Of a stretch of 64,000 bases of DNA, positions 60,220-64,000 are shown in pieces. The stretch spans positions 32,001 through 96,000 of the forward strand of contig JBGARZ010000011.1 of the NCBI GenBank assembly GCA_044229975.1, given 5' to 3'. The translations under genes and the position numbers were made by a program. The DNA is from Polyangiales bacterium (GTDB lineage Bacteria; Myxococcota_A; Polyangia; Polyangiales; Ga0077539). Under the pieces are notes generated by a model, which searched no databases, had not been told where the DNA came from, and saw only the letters and a program-made list of their open reading frames with translations. How positions within the stretch are numbered: the stretch's first letter is position 1; the number at the start of each line of letters is the position of its first letter.

Positions 60220-62115
60220 GTGCCTCCGGTGACTTGCCCGTTCTGTGGAAGCGACCATCCCGCGGGCACATTTGTCTGTCCCAACACCAACCGCCGTCTT
60301 CAGGGGTTGCTGCCGACGGGCACGAGCATCGAGGAGAAGTACCGCATCGAGGGCATCATCGGTGTCGGCGGGATGGGCGTCGTCTACCGGGCCGAGCAGA
60401 CGAAGATCAATCGACTGGTCGCGCTCAAGATGCTGCTGCCGGAGTACATCGTGTACCCCGACCTCGTGGCGCGCGTGGAGCGCGAGGCCCGCACCGCGGG
60501 GCAGATCGACCACCCCAACGTCGTGACCATCACCGACCTCGGGGTGACCACCGAGTTCGGCCCGTACATCGCGATGGAACTCCTCCGCGGCCAGGAGCTG
60601 GCCACGGTGGTGGAGAACGCGGGCGGGCGCATGGAGCCCGCCGACGCGGTCGACGTGATCCGGCAGGTGCTCGCGGGCTTGGAGGCCGCGCACAAGAAGG
60701 GCGTCATCCACCGCGACCTGAAGCCCGAGAACATCTTCCTGAGCACCGACGACGAGGGCAAGCGCCGCGTGAAGGTGCTCGACTTCGGCATCTCGAAGCT
60801 GCGCGACGACAAGGAGCTCAACTCCCTCACGCGCACCGGCACCGTGATGGGGACGCCGCAGTTCATGGCGCCGGAGCAGGCCGCGGGCGCGCGCGATCAG
60901 GACGCCCGCATCGACCTCTACGCGACGGGCGCGGTGCTCTACGCGGTGCTCTGCAACGGGCTCCCCTACGAGGCGGAGAACTACAACCTCCTCATCAGCG
61001 AGATCCTCAACAAGGCTCCGATCCAGATTCTCCAGCGCAACACGTCGCTCGACCCGCGGCTCGCGAGCATCGTGATGAAGTCCATCGCGAAGAAGCCCGA
61101 GGCCCGCTACCAGTCGGCGCGCGAGATGGCCGACGCGCTGTCGTACTGGTACGACAACCGCGACAAGCCCATCCCCAACAACACCGGGCGCCTCTCGTCG
61201 CCACGCTCCAACCTCATCTCGCAGGACACGCCGGTGTTCGACCTGCGTCGCGGTGTCCCGCGGCCGCCGGTGATGAACCGGGAGTTCTCGCCCGACGACC
61301 CCGAGTACGTCGAGCCGGGCGAGGCGACGGTGATGGTTCCGGTGCCGTACCGCGGGAGCGATGACACCTCCGACGTCGACGCGCCGCCCGCGGACGACTT
61401 CTTCGACGACGACGGCACGGGCAACCAGCGCACGATGCGCCCGTCGCGTCCGCCGCGCACGCCGCCGCCGCCCGCGCATCCGCGCCGCTCGCCGCCGCCG
61501 CCCGAAGAGCCGCGGGTGTCGATGCCCGAGCCGTCGGTGCTGCTGGAGTCTCCGCTCGACGCGCCGCCCATCGTGCTGTTGCAGGCGCCGAAGCCGCCGC
61601 CGTCGGACGAGACCTGGGCGCAGCTCCGCACCGACCTCACGCCCAAGCGCGACGTGTTGATGGAGGAGGTTCACGCCGAGCGCCGGCAGCGCGGGCGCAT
61701 GGTGTACGTGCTCATGGCGCTCGCGGTGCTGGGCCTCGGCGTGGTGGCGGTGCGCGGGCTGGCGCCGCAGGTCTGGTACCGCTGGGTGCCGGGCGCGCGA
61801 GAAGACCGGGTGGTTCCGCCGCCGCCGTCGACGGTGAGCATCAGCGACCCGGTGCTCTCGATGGAAGCAGGCGTGGTCGACGCGCAGGTCGCGGTGGATG
61901 GGCCGCGCGCGTTGGCGGACGTGCCGCGCGCTGCGAGCGACGTCCCGCGAGCGATGCACGACGCGAGCGCGATGGCGGCGAACCCGACGATGGACGCGGG
62001 TCCCGCGGTGGCGCTCGACGCGACGACGGCGGTCGATGCGCCGGCCGTGGCCGAGGACGACGGGCTCACCGCGCGCGAGCGACGCCACCGTCGGCGACAC
62101 CCGCCGGCGCCGTAG
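60220..62115 (+). CDS. Ser/Thr kinase with N-terminal zinc ribbon and C-terminal TM
   Basis: 'CPFCG...VCP', 'GVGGMGVVY', 'HRDLKPENIF', 'DFGISK', 'GTPQFMAPEQ'. Confidence 0.95.
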   Translation: MPPVTCPFCGSDHPAGTFVCPNTNRRLQGLLPTGTSIEEKYRIEGIIGVGGMGVVYRAEQTKINRLVALKMLLPEYIVYPDLVARVEREARTAGQIDHPNVVTITDLGVTTEFGPYIAMELLRGQELATVVENAGGRMEPADAVDVIRQVLAGLEAAHKKGVIHRDLKPENIFLSTDDEGKRRVKVLDFGISKLRDDKELNSLTRTGTVMGTPQFMAPEQAAGARDQDARIDLYATGAVLYAVLCNGLPYEAENYNLLISEILNKAPIQILQRNTSLDPRLASIVMKSIAKKPEARYQSAREMADALSYWYDNRDKPIPNNTGRLSSPRSNLISQDTPVFDLRRGVPRPPVMNREFSPDDPEYVEPGEATVMVPVPYRGSDDTSDVDAPPADDFFDDDGTGNQRTMRPSRPPRTPPPPAHPRRSPPPPEEPRVSMPEPSVLLESPLDAPPIVLLQAPKPPPSDETWAQLRTDLTPKRDVLMEEVHAERRQRGRMVYVLMALAVLGLGVVAVRGLAPQVWYRWVPGAREDRVVPPPPSTVSISDPVLSMEAGVVDAQVAVDGPRALADVPRAASDVPRAMHDASAMAANPTMDAGPAVALDATTAVDAPAVAEDDGLTARERRHRRRHPPAP

Positions 62116-62124
62116 CGAAGGCCC

Positions 62125-62571
62125 CTACTTGTTGTAGGGCTCGCCGCGGATGATCGAAAACGCCCGGTACACCTGCTCGGCGAGGATGAGCCTCGCCAGT
62201 CGATGCGGCAGCGTCATCGCGCCCAGCGACAGCCGCCAGCGGGCCTTCGCGCGCACCGCCGACGGCAGACCCTCCGCGCCGCCGATGGCGAACACCGGCG
62301 TCACCGCGCGTCGCATGGCGTCGTCGACCTTCGCGGCGAAGGCCTCGGAGGTCATCGACTTCCCCTCCACCTCCAACGTCACCAGCTCGGCGCGCTCGCC
62401 CTGCGCCGCGAGGCAGCGCTCGAACTGCGCCACCACGCGGTCTTCGCGCTCGTCCTTCAGCTCGACCTCGGTGAGCTCGGCGTAGCGCCGAACCCGGCCG
62501 TAGTAGTCGTCGAGCAACACCCGCAGCTCGGCTTCCTTGACCCGACCGACCGCGGCGACGACCAGCTTCAC
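62125..62571 (-). CDS. rlmH: 23S rRNA (pseudouridine-1915-N3)-methyltransferase
   Basis: 'MKLVVAAVGR', 'FAIGGAEGL', 'LSLGAMTLPHRLARLILAEQVYRAFSIIRGEPYNK'; follows rsfS. Confidence 0.93.
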   Translation of the reverse strand: MKLVVAAVGRVKEAELRVLLDDYYGRVRRYAELTEVELKDEREDRVVAQFERCLAAQGERAELVTLEVEGKSMTSEAFAAKVDDAMRRAVTPVFAIGGAEGLPSAVRAKARWRLSLGAMTLPHRLARLILAEQVYRAFSIIRGEPYNK

Positions 62572-63380
62572 GCCTCGGTCGGGGTGCCCTCGAAGGGAAC
62601 CCGCGTCGCGTCCATCCAGAGCCCTTCGAGGTCGTAGTAGCGCCGCGCCTCGTCCACGAACACGTGCACGATCACGTCGGTGTAGTCGACCAGCACCCAC
62701 TGGCCCTGCTGCATGCCCTCGACGCTGCCGGGCCGGTGGCCCTTCTCGCGCAACGCCTCGGTCACGCCGTCGGCCACCGCGCGCACCTGACGGTCCGAGC
62801 GACCGGACATCAGCACCAGGAAGTCGGCGTAGTCGACCTTCTCCCCGATATCGATGATCTCGATGCGCTCGGCCTTCTTGTCGATGCCCGCCGCGGCGAT
62901 GAGCTTCGCCAGCTCGCGCGCCCCGTCGCGCCGCTGCGCCGCTGCGTCCGGCGTCGAGGCCGACAGCTCCGGGCGCTTGCGCGGGGTCTTCGGCGCCGCG
63001 GGCTTCTTCGCGCCGGTGGTCGGCTTCTTCGCGCCGGTGGTCGGCTTCTTCGCCGCGGGCTTCGCCTCGACCACGGCCGCCTTCTTCGCGCCCGTGCGCG
63101 GCGGCAGCGCCTTCTTCGCGACGCGGAGCGCGGCGTTTTTCTTTCGCTCCTTGCGGGCGACGATCTCCTCGTGGGTGGGCTCCCGCGTGGGCTTCGCGGC
63201 GCGACCCGCGGGCTTCGCGGTGGCCGACCTCGCCGGGGCGGCCTTCGCGGGCGCGGCCTTCGCGGCGGCTGCCCTCGCCGGGGCAGCCTTGGCGGCCTTC
63301 GCGGCGGGCTTCTTCGTGGGCGACGCCGGGCTCGGCTTCGCGGCGACGGTCTTCTTGCGCGGGGACTTTGCTTCGGCCAT
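62568..63380 (-). CDS. rsfS: Ribosome silencing factor with long Lys/Ala/Pro-rich N-terminal extension
   Basis: 'DKKAERIEIID...ADFLVLMSGRSDRQVRAVAD...WVLVDYTDVIVHVF...RRYYDLEGLW'. Confidence 0.92.
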   Translation of the reverse strand: MAEAKSPRKKTVAAKPSPASPTKKPAAKAAKAAPARAAAAKAAPAKAAPARSATAKPAGRAAKPTREPTHEEIVARKERKKNAALRVAKKALPPRTGAKKAAVVEAKPAAKKPTTGAKKPTTGAKKPAAPKTPRKRPELSASTPDAAAQRRDGARELAKLIAAAGIDKKAERIEIIDIGEKVDYADFLVLMSGRSDRQVRAVADGVTEALREKGHRPGSVEGMQQGQWVLVDYTDVIVHVFVDEARRYYDLEGLWMDATRVPFEGTPTEA

Positions 63381-63516
63381 GACTCGCCTGCTTGTCGACG
63401 CCGCGGACACTCTGGCGCGCAACAGCGCACCCCGCGGACGGACGCGCAGCATCGCACCAGTCGCGACGCTCGCACCACAAGAAGCGTCCCTCCCCTCGCA
63501 ACCGATCGCAGGTCTG

Positions 63517-64000
63517 ATGTTCCCCCCGACCCGACCCCTTCCCCCGGACGATGCCCCGCTCACGGTGCTCGGCATCGAGAGTTCGTGCGACGAGACCGCC
63601 GCCGCCGTCGTGCGCCTCGACCACGACGGCGCGTGGGTGCTCTCCGACGTCATCGCCAGCCAGATCGCCGAGCACGCTCCCTTCGGCGGCGTCGTGCCCG
63701 AGATCGCCGCCCGCGCGCACCTCCGCGTCGTCGACCCCGTCGTGCGCGATGCCGTCACCACCGCAGGCGGTTGGAGCGCCATCGACGCCGTCGCCGTCAC
63801 CTCCGGCCCCGGGCTCATCGGCGCGCTCCTCGTCGGGATGCAGGCCGGCAAGGCCCTCGCCCTCGCCCGCGGTCTCCCGCTCGTCGGCGTCAACCACCTC
63901 GTCGCCCACCTGCTCGCGCCCTTCACCCGCGTCGCGGGCGAAGCGCACGCGCCGCCGACCTTTCCCTTCGTCGCGCTGCTCGCCTCCGGGGGGCACACCG
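63517..64000 (+). CDS. tsaD: tRNA N6-threonylcarbamoyladenosine synthesis protein (runs off the window)
   Basis: 'VLGIESSCDETAAAV', 'GGVVPEIAARAH', 'GPGLIGALLVG', 'VNHLVAH', 'SGGHT'. Confidence 0.95.
   Translation, partial: MFPPTRPLPPDDAPLTVLGIESSCDETAAAVVRLDHDGAWVLSDVIASQIAEHAPFGGVVPEIAARAHLRVVDPVVRDAVTTAGGWSAIDAVAVTSGPGLIGALLVGMQAGKALALARGLPLVGVNHLVAHLLAPFTRVAGEAHAPPTFPFVALLASGGHT

Overview
High-GC bacterial DNA whose gene content points to Myxococcota, probably Polyangiales-like (inference): four eukaryote-like Ser/Thr kinases, many Cys-rich lipoproteins with Asp-rich linkers, a MYXO-CTERM-like sorting signal and a TPR/PEGA protein. It holds about 55 CDSs, mostly accessory or envelope genes, plus a housekeeping end (rlmH, rsfS, tsaD) and several decayed gene remnants. 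I found no rRNA, tRNA, CRISPR array or classical transposase/integrase. Most notable: (1) a GxxExxY (PD-(D/E)XK-like) gene is bracketed by inverted repeats with a 27-bp core GCCGCAAGGGCGC(G/C/A)AGGGTCGCAAGGG, and the same core brackets a gene-less 187-bp element about 23 kb away, resembling an autonomous/non-autonomous REPIN- or MITE-like pair served by a non-RAYT nuclease; (2) two further, unrelated long intergenic inverted-repeat elements; (3) a radical SAM enzyme translationally coupled to a protein with an N-terminal 'FASNNSG' motif and a C-terminal ribosomal L7/L12-CTD-like domain; (4) a 35-bp duplication of a prenyltransferase 3' end bracketing a 3.4-kb insert; (5) a kinase-TPR/PEGA operon flanked by two lipoproteins sharing a 'GCEPRHP' N-terminus; (6) an unusual uxaA-mtlD-IMPase-nucleotidyltransferase operon; (7) RsfS with a histone-H1-like tail. 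All product calls come from motif recognition by eye, not database searches.
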